Below are positions 25,290-39,449 of a stretch of DNA of 64,000 nt, in pieces. Source of the DNA: Patellaria atrata CBS 101060 (lineage: Eukaryota). Under the pieces are notes generated by a model, which was given only the letters and a program-made list of their open reading frames with translations, made no database searches and was not told the origin of the DNA. Both the position numbers and the translations under genes were made by a program. How positions within the stretch are numbered: position 1 is the first letter of the stretch; each line of letters starts with the position of its first letter. The stretch lies in contig MU006101.1 in NCBI GenBank assembly GCA_010093705.1, positions 409,614 to 473,613 of the forward strand, in the 5' to 3' direction.

Positions 25290-27202
25290 TCATATTCCGG
25301 GCCGATCAATCATTTTAGAATCGAACACCCAGCCCGTCTCTTCCATGATGAAATCAAGCGCTTGTATCACCTTCTCATCTTCGTATCGCCGGCCGACCAG
25401 CTGAAGCGATATAGGGGCATCTCGGTACTTCTCAGGATCATCTGCGTTCCAACAAATCAGCTGAAATACAGAAAAACGGACGGTAAACGCTTACAAAGAT
25501 CATAGTTGTACCTGTCTTGCTCGTTCCGAGGAACATAGTCAAGATCCTTCGCATCTCGATCCGGATTCGATTTTGTAATCTGTAAGAATTAGTACGGCAT
25601 TCAAGACATTTACTCAAGAGAGGACGTATGCACAGGAAAGACAAGCGCCGGATAGTCGAGCAGATTCCACTGTGATGTGTAACCCCAATATCTCGAGCAA
25701 TCTAACGGCGGCGCAGCACCCGGTCCAACAGGGCAAAGTATGACATCGACCACATCACCATCTTTGCCGGTATCGTTCCAGATCTTGGCGTATGCTGCCT
25801 TGTATTGCTCACGGCGGACTGTTAATTTCCACACCTCGTCGATCGAACGGCGACGGGTGTGAGGATTTTCCTTGAGGATGAATTCGGAGAGAGGACGCAA
25901 GGGTTCTCCGGAAGATTCTAGGGCCGCCATTTCCTCGTCTCCGCCATCGCAGAAGTATAGAGAAGCCTATATCTATATAAGTGGATGCGTTGAATATCAG
26001 CATTTAACGAAGGGTCTTACTATGATTTCCCACGCGAGATCATGCTTATACGGCTTCCAGTTCACTACCGATATGTCCTCTGATTTTTTCATGCCATGTA
26101 CCATGGCCTGCAGAGCAGCGATGATGGGAGGGTGAGGTTTGACAATTCCGTCATCCCATAACACTGCAACTTTCAACCTTCTCTTCCCGTCCTCACGCCG
26201 CAACCAGTCCTTGGAATCTCGCCACTCGAACGGCAACAGGCTCGGTTCTGTCAGCCAGGGTCTTTGATCAATTAGAACTTTCATAAATAACTTGATACCC
26301 TCTAGCGAGGTACTCATGGGGCCAATGCAGGGGATAATCTGCTCTTCACCGAGCATTGCTGCTGACCATCCATACACGGGTAGCCTGTAGCTTGTGGGTT
26401 TTAGACCGAAAACCCCGTTGTTCGCCGCAGGGCTTCTGATACTCCCTCCGATATCTGTACCGATACCAAGACAACTACCCCGCAGTCCCAGCAATGCTCC
26501 TTCGCCTCCAGAGCTCCCTCCGCTCGTAAGCTCCCGGTTGAACGGGTTCACAGTCACACCATACAGGTTGCTCGAGGTCTCCAGGTGCATGAGTGTCTGG
26601 GGTTGGGTTGTCCGAACGTAGAACACAGCACCCGCGTTCCAAAGAAGACGTAGGATATGTGAATCTTCTTCCCCTACTCTCCCAACCCAGCCTACGAATC
26701 CAGCATTGATATCGAGACCTTTCATGGTCAGATGCTCCTTGACGCTTATGGGAAGGCCGTGTAAGGGGCCAATTGGTGTCTTATGCTCCGCGAAGTATCG
26801 ATCGAGATATTTCGCTCTTTCGAGAGCTCGCTGTGGTAGTAGTTCCGTGATACAGTTACACTGGACAATGTCAACGTCAATTTACTGAATTTCATATGAA
26901 CACAACGCTACGGAACTCACCAGTTTCTGTGCGAGACCAGCTCGCCGTAGAAACGCATTTGTGACGTTAAACGCTGACCATCTGCCTGTCCTAAGCTCTT
27001 CTAGAATCTCTTCCGGCGAGCTCTCAGTTATCTCGACCTCTTTGGTGGTCAGAAGTTCCCGTGGGATGTGAGTGACGTTGCGAGGCAACTCCGACGGAAC
27101 GTCTGGTATGGGAGGATCAATTGCTGCTATAGTCTCATCGCGGCGCTTCTGTGACGAGGCAGCGATCTCTTGCCATGCTTTCTTCGGTTCTTTCGCTGCC
27201 AT
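25290..27202 (-). CDS. Amidase signature family enzyme (acetamidase/general amidase), multi-exon
   Basis: GPLHGLPISVKEH, GGSSGGEGAL, GIGTDIGGSIRSPAA, YWGYTSQWNLLDYPALVFP and APISLQLVGRRYEDEKV. Canonical introns separate the ORF fragments. Confidence 0.93.
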
Positions 27203-27787
27203 GGAGCTCTGTAGGTATTAATCTCGTGGTGTTCGTGATGGAGTCGGGTCCTGGAAGCTCGAAGAGCCAGAGAAGGGAACCATCATTCTTATAACGGTTT
27301 GGACGCAGGTAGGACATCATACAGGTGGGGTTTCGGCGTATACAGCTGCAGCTTGAACAGGCAGTCAGTTGCGTTCGGAGTGCAGTAAATTGACGATAAG
27401 ACTGCCAACTCCACTGCATCATCCCATCCAAAATGCAATCTAGGTGTAACGCACCGGCCGCTTAACGGTCCCCGCACACCGAGGAGGTTAAGGTAAAGTG
27501 ACAGGGGCCTTGGCATTAACAAGACGAGGAGTCAAGAACAAATGAGTTGTAATATTGACATTCCACAGCATAGCAGTATGGTCATCGCAGGCCTCTTAAT
27601 ACAGTCAAGAACGGAGACTAATATAAAACCATGTCAAGCCCTACCAATCCTTATCCTTTTTCCGTCCCTTCCTTTAACCGGAGGCCCAATCATCCAAAAC
27701 CAAAAGGGTATGAAGCTATAAAAAGAAGAAAATACACACCCGGAACATAAAAGATCAGAAAAATAAGAGGAACATCATGACAAGATT

Positions 27788-30750
27788 TCAAATATACGAT
27801 GAGACGATGTCATCGCCATCAAAATACGCCCCCCCTCGACCGCTCTTCTCCATTCTCTTCGGGCTCCTCATTGGCAATGCAGGTTGATGGAACGATTGCA
27901 TGCTTTCATATCTTGGAGGTTGTTGGTATCGCGTATTTTGTGATTGCTGCTGCTGCTGCTGCTGTTGTTGAGCTAGAGCTTGCAAGTACTGATTTCGGAC
28001 ACTCTCCATGCGCATTGTAGGGGACATGGCGCGCTCTCTATGATCCATTGGAATATTAGAATTCATGCTACGCTCGTGCTCGAGTCGAATGGTTTGAGCT
28101 AGACTCATCCCGTTCGCAGGGTAGTCAGGGGGAAGAGGGGGATGGTTACGCATTACTGGCGTGGAACCACGTTCTTGCTCTAATCGAACTGTCGTTCCCA
28201 GGCTGATATCGGTCGGTGCGTACTGGAACGGAGGACTGCCGTCTAGCTCGCTGAGCGCATCTCCGGAATCAACGTTAGAGGAACCCGACGCATCGAGCTC
28301 CTTTGGGCTTTCCGCACTCGCTGCGTGCTTCCACCGATCTTTGGCCTCCCAGCAGTAGCTACGCTTTTGCGGTGCACGGAGAGAGATAGCAGGTGCTCCA
28401 GTCCAAGGTCGGAAGCCATCGGGTATATCTAGACATAGTAAATAATTTACTCGGTCACGGTAGCGTACTCCAATGGTGTCGACGGATAATTTGGAAATGG
28501 TTTGAATGATGCCATATAGCAGGATCCAGCGCCCCATTCGTGCCTCTGCCCAAGACATGTCCGTTGGTAGGTCCACGGTCTTCTCATACCTAATAAATGC
28601 GTCGACGAAGGCATTTGCTACTGTAAGTTAGCATAAGTTTAGAGGTACACATCAGAGAAAAATGCTTACATTCGAAGGTGAGACCGGGTTTATTATTGTT
28701 GGTCGCACCGCTGAAAGCGATAGCAATCTCGAATTGCTCTTTCTGATCACGAACCGCTGCAGACTTTGCCTTGCCTCTTAAACCTCCAAAGAAAGACTTC
28801 TTCTCCTTCTGTTTTGGCGCTGGTATATGCGTCGATCGTGGTAAGAGAGGGTATGGTCCTGGAAGTCGCTCATGCATATTCCGGTTATCAAAACTCCCAA
28901 GCATATCAGTGATTGGTAGTCCTGGCATATCAGCATTGAAAGATTCGCCACTATGATTTTTATATGGCATTATTTCCCATTTTCGCGTGTGACGAGTCTC
29001 GTTAGCCTGCCAGTAGATGTTTCGATCGACCAGATATTCCCACATCGCGCCGAAATCTTCCTGTAAACGGGTAACAACTGATCTGTTCAACCATCTTCCG
29101 CTGTTCGTGCTACGTTCAGGGGGCCAGGCACCACAATCGTTACTATAATAGTCAACCAGAAACTTTCTGAACAGATCATAACTCTTATAGGCTGCATGAG
29201 ATTCGGAAATTCCCATTGTTGTCCATATATCTGAGAAATTCCAATTTTCAAGTAGGCGCTCCGCATCCAAAACTTTGAGTTGCAATTGATTGTATGCGTT
29301 TTCCAGGTTGTGTCGGGTCGTCAATGATAGACGTTTGAATTCCGGATAATCCTGCATGTTGCTGTTCATTATCCCAACGCTGTGGATAAATGCTTCCTTA
29401 TAGCCTTCGAGCCAACGAACATGTGGTAACTCGCACCAAGCCAGCAGACCAAGCGCTGCTCTACTATTTCCCCTGACATCATCAAGTCCTCGCTGTCTGA
29501 TATACTCGATGATTCTCTGAACGTTTCCCCTTCGCCGTGGATCGCCCTCGTTCAATTCATAGAAGGAATCCATCACACCGAGTAGACCAGAAAACATTTC
29601 GAATACGTCTCGTCCAACCACTGGTAAGGTGTAGAGAAGCGCTAAGAAATTACGGACTGCTAAATGATATAGATGCTTTTCAAAACTCGATGTTATATTG
29701 GCCGGCGCGCGAAACCATATCTCATGAGTGATCTCCGCCTCTTGACCGTACATTCCAGCAGAAGAAGCCTTATCACTGGCAGCGGCGCTCATGGGTGGCG
29801 TAGCTTCGTTCATTCCCCTCATCGCTTGGTGGTTGCTGGTCCGGCTTCCAGACGGCCGTAAAGAATTGTTAGCATAATTTCTAGGATATTGGGAAATTGA
29901 GCTCCCATTGTCACTCGAGAAGCTGGCTGGGGTCTCGGTCTCTTCTGCTAGATAGCCCAGATTCGACCTCGTGAGTGGCGCTCCAGGAGTTGGCGGGGGT
30001 GTAAGCTCATCGACCCTGTAAACCTCGCCATATTGCAACAGGTTGTTCAGAAATAGGGAACCAGCTCTCTCAAGTAGCTTTACGTGGACCCGCAAGGCAG
30101 GTTTTGGGTCTTCGTCATCTACCTCTTCACTGAAATAAACATTACAATCACCAGATGACATGCGCATGTCATGATCCTGGAAAATTGTTAACGATCTGTC
30201 ATAAGTATAATAGTTGAAAACTCACGTTGTCAAAGCCACGATAGGGAACAGGGGATTTATCACCCCCATACCAGAACATCATGCCGCTGGTCCTACGTGA
30301 CTGAGATACGTCGGACGTTGATTGAGTAGTCCGATCACTCATTTGTGACGGTTGGCCTACACGATTCGCTGGCGTACTCTTCGAAGGAACGCCACCACCC
30401 CTACCCCTTGGAGCAACAGTCTCCTTACCTGCTCGATTTTGATATCTTTCGTCTGGCTTGATTTTGGCAGCAGCGGTTTTTGGCCGGTGCTGCTCATTTC
30501 TACTTTGAGATGCATTTCGGGAATTGCTAGAAGAACCTTGCGAGCGAATAGTTGTTGAAAATGATGGTGTTCGTGTGAGAGTCTGAGACGACGATGGTCG
30601 TTGTAATGTACTGCTGGACCCCAAACTCCATCCGCTGGACGAAGTTGTGGATCTGATATCGTGAGAGTATTGCTTTGCAGCCTGCTTTTTCTCCGTCTTT
30701 TCAATGTTTTTCACAATAGCCTTGCGGCCTCGGGCTCCTCTTCCCGACAT
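27788..30750 (-). CDS. Large conserved fungal hypothetical protein (~950 aa, 3 exons, poly-Q near the C-terminus)
   Basis: Three ORFs joined by introns at ~30178-30226 and ~28621-28669. Structured core with GDCNVYF, RNFLALLY, WLEGYKEAFIHSVG, GAWPP and GRWILLYGIIQTISKLSVD. No function recognised. Confidence 0.8.
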
Positions 30751-33143
30751 TTCAAATTGCGATTTCCCGTTCTGACTGTTTTACTAGTCGAGCTTTTATT
30801 TCCCAAGGGCACCTTTCAGAAAGGAATGAACTCAGTAGTAGTGGAATATTTTAGGTGATGATTAGTTAATATCTCATGTCCAGCATGGGATATTGACTTC
30901 GGGTCGAATCCGAATAGAAAAGGTTACACTAGGGCTAAATAAATAGAGTACAGTGCGCGATATGCTTTCCGGGATATACTGTAGCAGGAGTACCAGCTGG
31001 GTATGGTTCGCGCGTGTAGCTCTCGGATATAGTAAAAGTTTGATTGATAAAATCTCATACACATGCAAAAAGGAGAGAAGCCAAACGGCGAAGGTTGCGC
31101 ACCGCGTAGGAGGGGAATCAGACGCCTTTAATATCGAGGCAGGTAGACGGTCGAGGCTGAAGCCGGATTAGGCTCTGGCAAGGCTCAGCATAATGATATC
31201 GGTTGCTGTACGCTGTTCCACGAAGCCAAGCCTGCAGACAATCAATAAACGACGGCCTCTAGAAATAATCGGACAGGCTGTAAAGGTCAAGGGTCAAAGT
31301 ATCGTAGGGATCCACCAGGGGGTACCGAGCAAGGCTAAGAGCAATCTTTGGGTAAAAGACAGTGAATTTGCTTCCAGCATATCCTGCAAAGAGGACGACC
31401 GGGAAAGGAGGGTGTTGTCGGGTAGTCCCCTCGCTATAAAGGAAGAATAATTGAAGGCCATGTTTCTGGCGTTTCCCCCTTGCTGTTAGGACTTAAGAGG
31501 ATTGACGGCGCAGTTCCGCACTATCCTCTCCAACGGTTTGGGCTTGGGCCGGGCGAAGATAAGAGAGCAACGGCAGCCATTCCTCATACAGAGCACTTGT
31601 GCAATTTTGTACATCGATAGCCTGTCTCTGGCTTTAATTTTGCACTGATTTGCTCCGACTTATGCCAGTTTTCGTTTTTCCGGTCAGCCCTTGGCCTTAC
31701 AGGCCAATTTCCAAATGCAGAACATCCGAGCGAGATTTACCGCGTACTTGTACAGTAAAAGTTCAAAATAAAAACTTTGAACGACATATTCGGAATCGTG
31801 AATCTTCTAATAAGTGATTTTCAGATAAAGGTAAACAATTTCCGTATGAACGAAGTATTGACTTCAGGTAATAGTACAACTTGTGAGACTCATTCCGAAG
31901 GATTGGTGAATAAGGCGACTTGCCGCACGCCAAAAGCGACTGCATTGCATGCAAGAGTCAAGCGTTTTCTGCATCAAGCGACTCATGTGGATTGTGGAGA
32001 CAGAGTGGAGTCCTTGAAGTTCAACGTCCGGATGAATTTATCAGTAAGCACTTGCTAGCTTTAAAGACAGGCTATGATAACCGCTTCGTCCACGAATTCT
32101 GAAGAAAAGATTAACATCCATGCGGGACCATTATTAGGAATGAATTCGCAGAGTATGAATAATATGTCAACCACCAGAACTTTTGCTGTCTAAGGGGTAC
32201 GCATTGATGGCGCTGTGAAGGCACTCAAAGACAACTCAAATGATTCTTCTGCTAATCAACTTTGTGAAAAGTAGAGGATACTATCAACTTCAACACTTGG
32301 TCGTTTACTGATAGGATTCGTTTCATGATGTCTCAAAGGTCCGTTCATCCTTTTGCAAGGGTTTAAACTGCAAACTGTAGCGTATTGAAACGAAGAGGAA
32401 GCCACCGTCACATCACGTCCACTTTAGGACTGTACTGTAAGAGTAACTGTCAATGGTCAGTCTGTAAGGCGGGTTTGGTTGTCAATACCTGCGAGTCCAC
32501 CATGTCCAACGGACAATAACAAGTCACGTAGTACTCCGTACGCGAAAAAAGACGTAAGGTATCTCTTCGAGCTGAAAAAGGCTCATATCATATCGACTGG
32601 CGTGTGCCTATGGCGGGATTGAAGATGTGCGAGATTCAGCTGTGGATGCTAATCTTTTTGCTTTTTCGACCCATATCGTTGGTTTGATTTGGGTCAGGCC
32701 GAGAAGTTGAGGCCTTTTAGTGCCCTTAGTGGTCTCTACTAAGGCGCAAAGCACGCTATCGTGGCTACCCAGCCACCCGACGTCTCCTTAGTAACCCAAC
32801 CTCTCCCTAGCCACACACTTTACTCATGATATTATACCCATATATTCCGCCAGAGTACGTCATCTCGTTATACAAGAATATTTTACATTTCCCCTTTCTA
32901 TATATCTTTTCCCTTACATCCCTCTGGTGTTCTTGTCTGAAGCGCAAGTCTCATGGAATCGTGGTTGTAGCTTCCCCCGCCATTGCTACCCCACCACGTG
33001 CTGCAGGATCGTCGTCAGTTCAGCTCGATCTGACAGTCAAGTCCAACGTCGGCCAAACCCCGTGCTACAAGTACAAGACACTTTATTCCAACCGGAACCT
33101 CTTTAGGAACACTTGTTACTCGACTATATAATCCACCTGCGAC

Positions 33144-33823
33144 ATGGGAATTTCGGGCTTTCTCTTCATCTCATGGCGTCTCGCCGAGATAGTTACACTC
33201 ATCCCGACCCTCGGGATGATGGCCTACTTCGTCCACGGCTACATCGAGGCTAATCAACTACAACCAACCTCGATTCTTTTACTGTTCATAGCGTCTGTTC
33301 TCGCGGCAGCATGGGCTATCGCGACATTATTTGCATACGCAAAAGCACGGCATTCGGCCATGTTCGTTGCGACGGTTGATCTCTGCTTCGTCGGTCTCTT
33401 CATTGCTGCCGTCTACTACCTTCGGGGAATTGCACGCGCGGATTGCTCCAACTTTCGCAATGATCGGTTCTTTGCTTCCCTGGGTATCTTAGGATACTCG
33501 GGTACCATTTCCGGCTACAAACCATCATTCCATATCAACAAGCATTGCGCCATGTTGAAAGCCTGCTTTGCATTTGGAATCATGAATTGCATTTTCTTCT
33601 TCATCACATTCGCGAGTCACCCCTTTTCCTTCCATTTATATTCCATTAACTGACTTTTCAATAGCTGCTGGCTCTTCTGGTTCATCGTAACCACAGGAAG
33701 GACGATGTCGTCGTCAAGCGAGAGCGCCACGTAACCCGACATGGCCATCGCGGCAGCCGTGAATACCATTCTAGCAGTCCACGGCGCTCGCACCACAGCA
33801 GCCGCCGTCAATACTATGTTTGA
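33144..33823 (+). CDS. MARVEL-like 4-TM membrane protein with a basic His/Arg-rich tail; one GC-AG intron
   Basis: Four hydrophobic segments and KHCAMLKACFAFGIMN. Intron 33612-33664 (gcgagt...ctgac...atag) gives in-frame LLALLVHRNHRK...SRRQYYV*. Confidence 0.85.
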
Positions 33824-36800
33824 ACTAGTAATTCCGACAAGCGACGTTGCTATATAGGCGAGAAGACAAGATCGGGAAAGGTGTTCTGGTTTGTTATATG
33901 GATCAATCCTGTTGGACTATGGTTGATAAAGAACGGGCGTGTGTAAATGAACTTCTCCGTCGAGGGTTGATATATGCTTATCTCGAGATATCACTTTGAC
34001 CTTTTAAACCATATTGGAAGTCTCATCTATTTCTCATTATATGATATGATATGACGGAACGAATCTCACCTAGAATGGTTAGGACTGTACGAGCACAGTC
34101 TGATTTATTAGGAATGTATGTTATCTAACTTTTTCTTCTTTGATACCTAATTCAATTATCTCCTTGTTTAACTCGAAATGTACGGAGAATCATAGTTAAA
34201 CTTTTCGTATCTAATACTATCGTGGTATTCCTCGCATACTTACGTTCCCTCTTCAAAGTATCTTTGGCCCTACTGTACGGGAATAGTCACACGTGTTAGG
34301 TAGTCGAGCCGTACAACGAACTCCACCATTACAGTACAGGCTGCCGAGATGTCGTGGTTCTTCAGATTTACTAACCATTCGGTGCAGTAAATGTTAACCT
34401 AAGCAAGCATGGAAAGGCGGAGCATGCCAAATCTTGACAACGAGGAGATATGAGAAAGAAACTATTCTCCCGTACCAACAGCATCCCCTCAATACTTCCA
34501 GTAATTGGTGGTAAGGCAGCTGTCAAGGTACTTTGTAGATTTGAGGGGAAATATCGGCTATAAAAGTGGATCGTCATTAGCTCATCTGGTAAAGGATAGT
34601 CTGAACACCTTTGCACGACCTGACTCAGGTTAGCCCGCGGAAACTAGGATCATCGTGGTTCTAATATCTTAAGTACCACCTTAGTGTATAACGACCGCAC
34701 CTCTCAGTCCCCTAACAATTCTTACTTTCATCACTATTCATCTTAAGGTTGCCGACTCGATAAACTCATTGAGCGTAGGCGAGGAGCTCCTTCAATCAGT
34801 TCACCAACACTCAAGTGAATGAGCGATCCTGGAGGTTATACATGGAATGAGATGGCTAAGACCAGATGAATCTTCCAATAGAGCAATAGCTCCGGTTGCC
34901 ACAGTTCCCATCAGGGATTCCGTGGTTCTTATTCCAGTGGTTCGGTATCATTGAAGTGGATCGATCAATTGATATTGATATCCCTTACAACGGCCCTCTT
35001 TCTAGACGAACATCTTTCCTTTCCCCAAGCTCGAGAGAGCCGGAAGTCGCACTGTATGATTCGGTTTCGGAAAGCTGCCGTCGTACGGGAGTACATGTAC
35101 GAGGATTGGTCGACTGTTTGACCTTCACCGGAATGTCCAAACTCTGAAGGGAGTCCAATCGAGTTAGGGGGCTTGTTGATCCCTCACAACATATACCGTA
35201 AAATCTCATGCATTGTCTTCTGGAGTGTTCTGGTGAGCTTGTCCTCAGTTGGCTATTAGGCTACTCGTAGCTTAAATTTGAAAGAACAGCAGAGCGTTAG
35301 GACAACTACGAACAGACCAGGACCAGCTCAGGGCTAGGCCGTGACACTCTCGAGAGACGGTACATTAGATTTTACAGTATTGATCTGCAACATGCACCTC
35401 ATCCCCTATATCCGCCAAAGAAAAACATTCTGGCTGCTCCTTGCTCTTGCATGTAGTTGATTGGCTATGTGGTACAGCTCTTCGGAAGCCATCTTCGTTA
35501 CCTGATAGGTTGGTTAGCAGTCAGGTTACGAGACTTGAAGCCCAAGGTCCCGAAATGCGTTATAGCCCGAGGAACATAAGCATAGCAACCCGAAAAAAGC
35601 TAAGTCTACCGTCTACGCTCTATCAGTGGAATCCTACTCGAATTCTTTTTGTAGTAACCTTTAACGAATTGCATGACAACACATCAACCACATTATTCGG
35701 TTGGTTTGGAATCAACTGAAAATGTATTTAAAGCTTCAGATATATCACATTTGGTCCAAACTCTTTATGCTTGAAAAGATATCTCAGTTTATCCTGATAC
35801 AGATCCTTAGCGTATACCGTAAGCATCTAGGGGGATTCTTACATTGGAGATGACAGTTATCAAACAAGATTACTATTCTTAATATTGTCTTCCTCAATGT
35901 TCATTTCATAACATATAGGTACGTGAGGTTGACCTAACTCTTCCAAGGATTGTTTCTTCTGTTCCCCTTAATAACTGACAATTTCCTGAAAAGTGAACAC
36001 CGATGCCGTCTTGAACCTGTTCCAGAGCGACGTTTTATAGCTCAATGGATTTTACCTTGCGCCTAGAGATCTAAGAAGTGTAGAGACCGATCACTCTCAA
36101 TCCGTTATGCAATTCGAGAGCTTGTAAGAGTCATTTTACATCTCCGCATTTCGGGAGAGTAGCCATGATGAAACCACCAATTCCCCCAGCGGCCCATCGG
36201 ATAATAAATCAATATCTCTACTGTCTATTACCCGTACTAACAAATTGCTCCTTTTCTTCCATTACGGTGGCTGGCTCATCAAGAGTGTGGATACCTTGAA
36301 TCTCGGTTTTCTTCTTGTGGATACTGATATTCTGCCCGAGATATCTTGTTCCAGTCAAATGATACGGTAGAAGTAGACCTAATACGATTTTAAATAGGCT
36401 GACTAGGCAAAAACAACAACAACAACAACGAGCATTTCGGCATAAGTGCGAGGGATCACCACTGTAATGGATAAGGATATCCACATCTCGGATCAAGAAC
36501 GGAGGTAATCATCCATAAACATGATTCCATAATATAGACTAACTACATCGACAGATTCCTCGTTTGAAACTTGGGAGCGTATAGAGATATCGATCTACGT
36601 AGTTAACATCAGAATCTGGTTAACCAGAATCCACAATGGTTATGGTAGTAAACTCACCTTGTCTTATCAAAAGTCGAACGCAGACTAATATAAGATAGTA
36701 CTGGTTGCAGTATCATAACTGGGATTCTAAACGAGGTGCTGCACCTTCTTGGGGAGGCGGCATGTTTCCTTTTGGCATACGCGAGCTTGAGCCACCCCAA

Positions 36801-37499
36801 TACCAACCACCTGCCCACAGGGAGATCAGTCCAGCATTTTCCCCATACAAGCTCTCCACTATCCGACAGGAGACAAGTACGGTATTCAAATCTATGCAAA
36901 GGGGTACGGCATGTATACCATTCTTCCTATAACCTAGCTTTCTGCAACTGACGATTCCTTTTCAAGAAGTGCTATGATAATTTGTCATCAAAGCTTTACC
37001 CTACATCTCTAATCTGGGAATCTAATTTTATACAGGGTGTTAAGCATACGGTTATTTGTCCAAGTCTGAAAATATATGCGGAGATCCCGGCAACCACAGA
37101 TGTTTCCTTTCCGGTTCACTCCTGCACTAACTCCGGTCTACGGATCGACTTTCTCGCCACGTATTTCCTTCCAATTCTCGCTTCACATTGTCTCTACCAA
37201 CAACAATTTTCAATATTATCTAAAGTTTCGTCAAATCTGGTTGAAAGCGACCTCACCCGTTTTCACCCGTCTTCGCTGGCAAAAGATGATTCGCCGCTTT
37301 CTGAACCCTAAATATCGCAAAAGAGGGTTGACCGGGCCGTTACCTACTGGAGTGAGCTAAGATTCCGCCCTACAGCCGCGTCTCCGGACATTGAATCCAC
37401 TCGGACCTTATTTAAGCGGCGCAAACCTGCTTCTGCAGTTCCCATCTCATGGAAGTGAAGACGTGGTCAGTTATAAGGGGTGAATATCTAGTCCTTGAT

Positions 37500-38376
37500 C
37501 ATAGTACGTCCTCGTGCTAGACCAATTTTATTTTCCCTCACTTCAGCATTCAAGGCTTCGCCTCATCCGGCTGACTTGTTGGACAGCTTTCACTCCGCCG
37601 ACAAAGGTGCACTAGAAGCCGAGAGCAACTTTTCCGAACATATATTGTATTGATTAGCCAGTAGATAGGTCGTCATTCGTACACGTCAGAGTGGATTCTG
37701 CCGTGAAAACACTGGCAACTCGGTTGCCTACAATACAACCCGTTGGGACGAGACAGCTCGGACTGAAATTCTCCTCTTTCCACCCTTTTGTCCAACCGTC
37801 CAAGACATTACACGGGACTACTGAGGCAGTACATGTTACTTCAAGTACCAAACAAGGTGCTCAATTTCCCGCCTCGCAAAATTTCGCTAACCGGCAGTCA
37901 AAAAGTACACTACATCTACAGATATCTCCCGTTGTTCGCCTCACTTCGGTTTATCCGCCTCAGCACCACCCGATCTAGAAGGGGAGAATGGCGTCCATGG
38001 CCCTTCGTCTTCTTGGAAAACGGCTAATTGGGAATGACGTGGCTGGTGGCCTAAAATCCCCCTGAGCTGCTGGAGAGACGTTGTGCGTTGTTCAAAAGGT
38101 GTTTCTGGCTCTGCTGAGCCCGTAGAGCCAGAGTCAGGGCCTTCTTCTTGGGCTACCCCTGAACGATCTTTATACTGGACAGTCTGCCCTGATCTCTGCT
38201 CGGTCTACGTTAGTAACTCTGAAGGAACACGAAGATCGATGCCCTACAGTGGCAGTGCTCACCTTGCCCTCCTTGCTGTTTGTTCCGCCATTCACTTCGG
38301 CTCCTACGCTACGATTACCGCCATCCACACAATTTTGTCTTCGGTTGTTACACTCTCGGTTCCTCTGCTCAGCCAT
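37500..38376 (-). pseudogene. Cassette gene 3, copy A (intron-containing orphan with in-frame stops)
   Basis: ATG 38376, 38-codon exon, intron 38196-38262 (gtgagc...ctaac...cag), then RSGQ...QLAVFQEDEGPWTPFSPSR...DKPK*GEQ.... The 3' limit is approximate. Confidence 0.6.
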
Positions 38377-39449
38377 AGTTCTGAGTGGTAATGGTATACA
38401 ATAGAAGACCGTGTAGGGAGATGTGCAGCAGGGTGTGCTCTTAGGGTCAACTCAAGATGAGAATTGTAAAGGGTCGGGAAGATGTCGTGAACTAAGATCG
38501 TTTGACAATAGTAAGGGTACGGCGCACACGGAAAATTGTTCCAAAGAAAGTGTACGAAAGCTGCTGAGTTTCCCCATCACAAAGAACCTGGGTACTAGGG
38601 AGATTTTATAATCACTTTCGGATAATCTCGCGTAACGGAGAAGCCGACTAGCTGGGCTCTCAACCCTTTGCCCTGACACGTATGGACTGTATCACTACGA
38701 CGAACAAAACGCCCCACAAAGCTTACTCCTAATGCCGTTTCTTTACCAATCGGCCAGGCCTTATTGTACGCTACCTCCAGTACTCCGCAATTGGCTTTGG
38801 CTTTTTGGTATAAGTGACTGTGTGATGAAGAGACGCTTGGTTCTATGAAACAAGTTGAACACACAACGACGGATAACGTACGCAGGGTATCCTTGCTCTG
38901 AGTATCTCCGAGTGTACTCTAGGGCTAATCAAAAGCGCCGATATCTATTCTATTGTGAACAACTAACGGTTGCATGAGCTAACTCAAAACGTTCTTCTAC
39001 GAGTATAACCAAATCATCGAAGAGGGGCTATTGCATTCCATTTTCAGTACCCGTGAGTAATGTATGTTCTTAGATTTTATTGGGTGTGTGTCTGCAATTC
39101 CTCATAACACTCTACTTTACTGTCAATCACTGCCGAAGCCGGGATGATGAAACACATCCGGTGTATCATAGTATCAAACGAGTATTCAACAACATAGACG
39201 TATTCTGGTCCGGTGAGTTTCCAACATCTATTACCATCGCTCGAACATAATTCGTTGAAAGCATCGTGATCAACTCGAACTCGGTGTATTTGGAATTTGG
39301 AGAATTGGTCAAATAGCTATAGATAGAATAAACGTCCATACCACCGGGTTGTCACACATCACCTCACGATAAAAGCTATCGATTTACGGGCCTTATCTAA
39401 CACCCCTAGAACTTCAGAATACTGTACGCTTGGTGAACTTTCTTCAGCT

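Noticed and set aside
30800..33100. Short ORFs in the long divergent intergenic region
   Set aside because: No coding bias or motifs; consistent with promoters and 5' UTRs.
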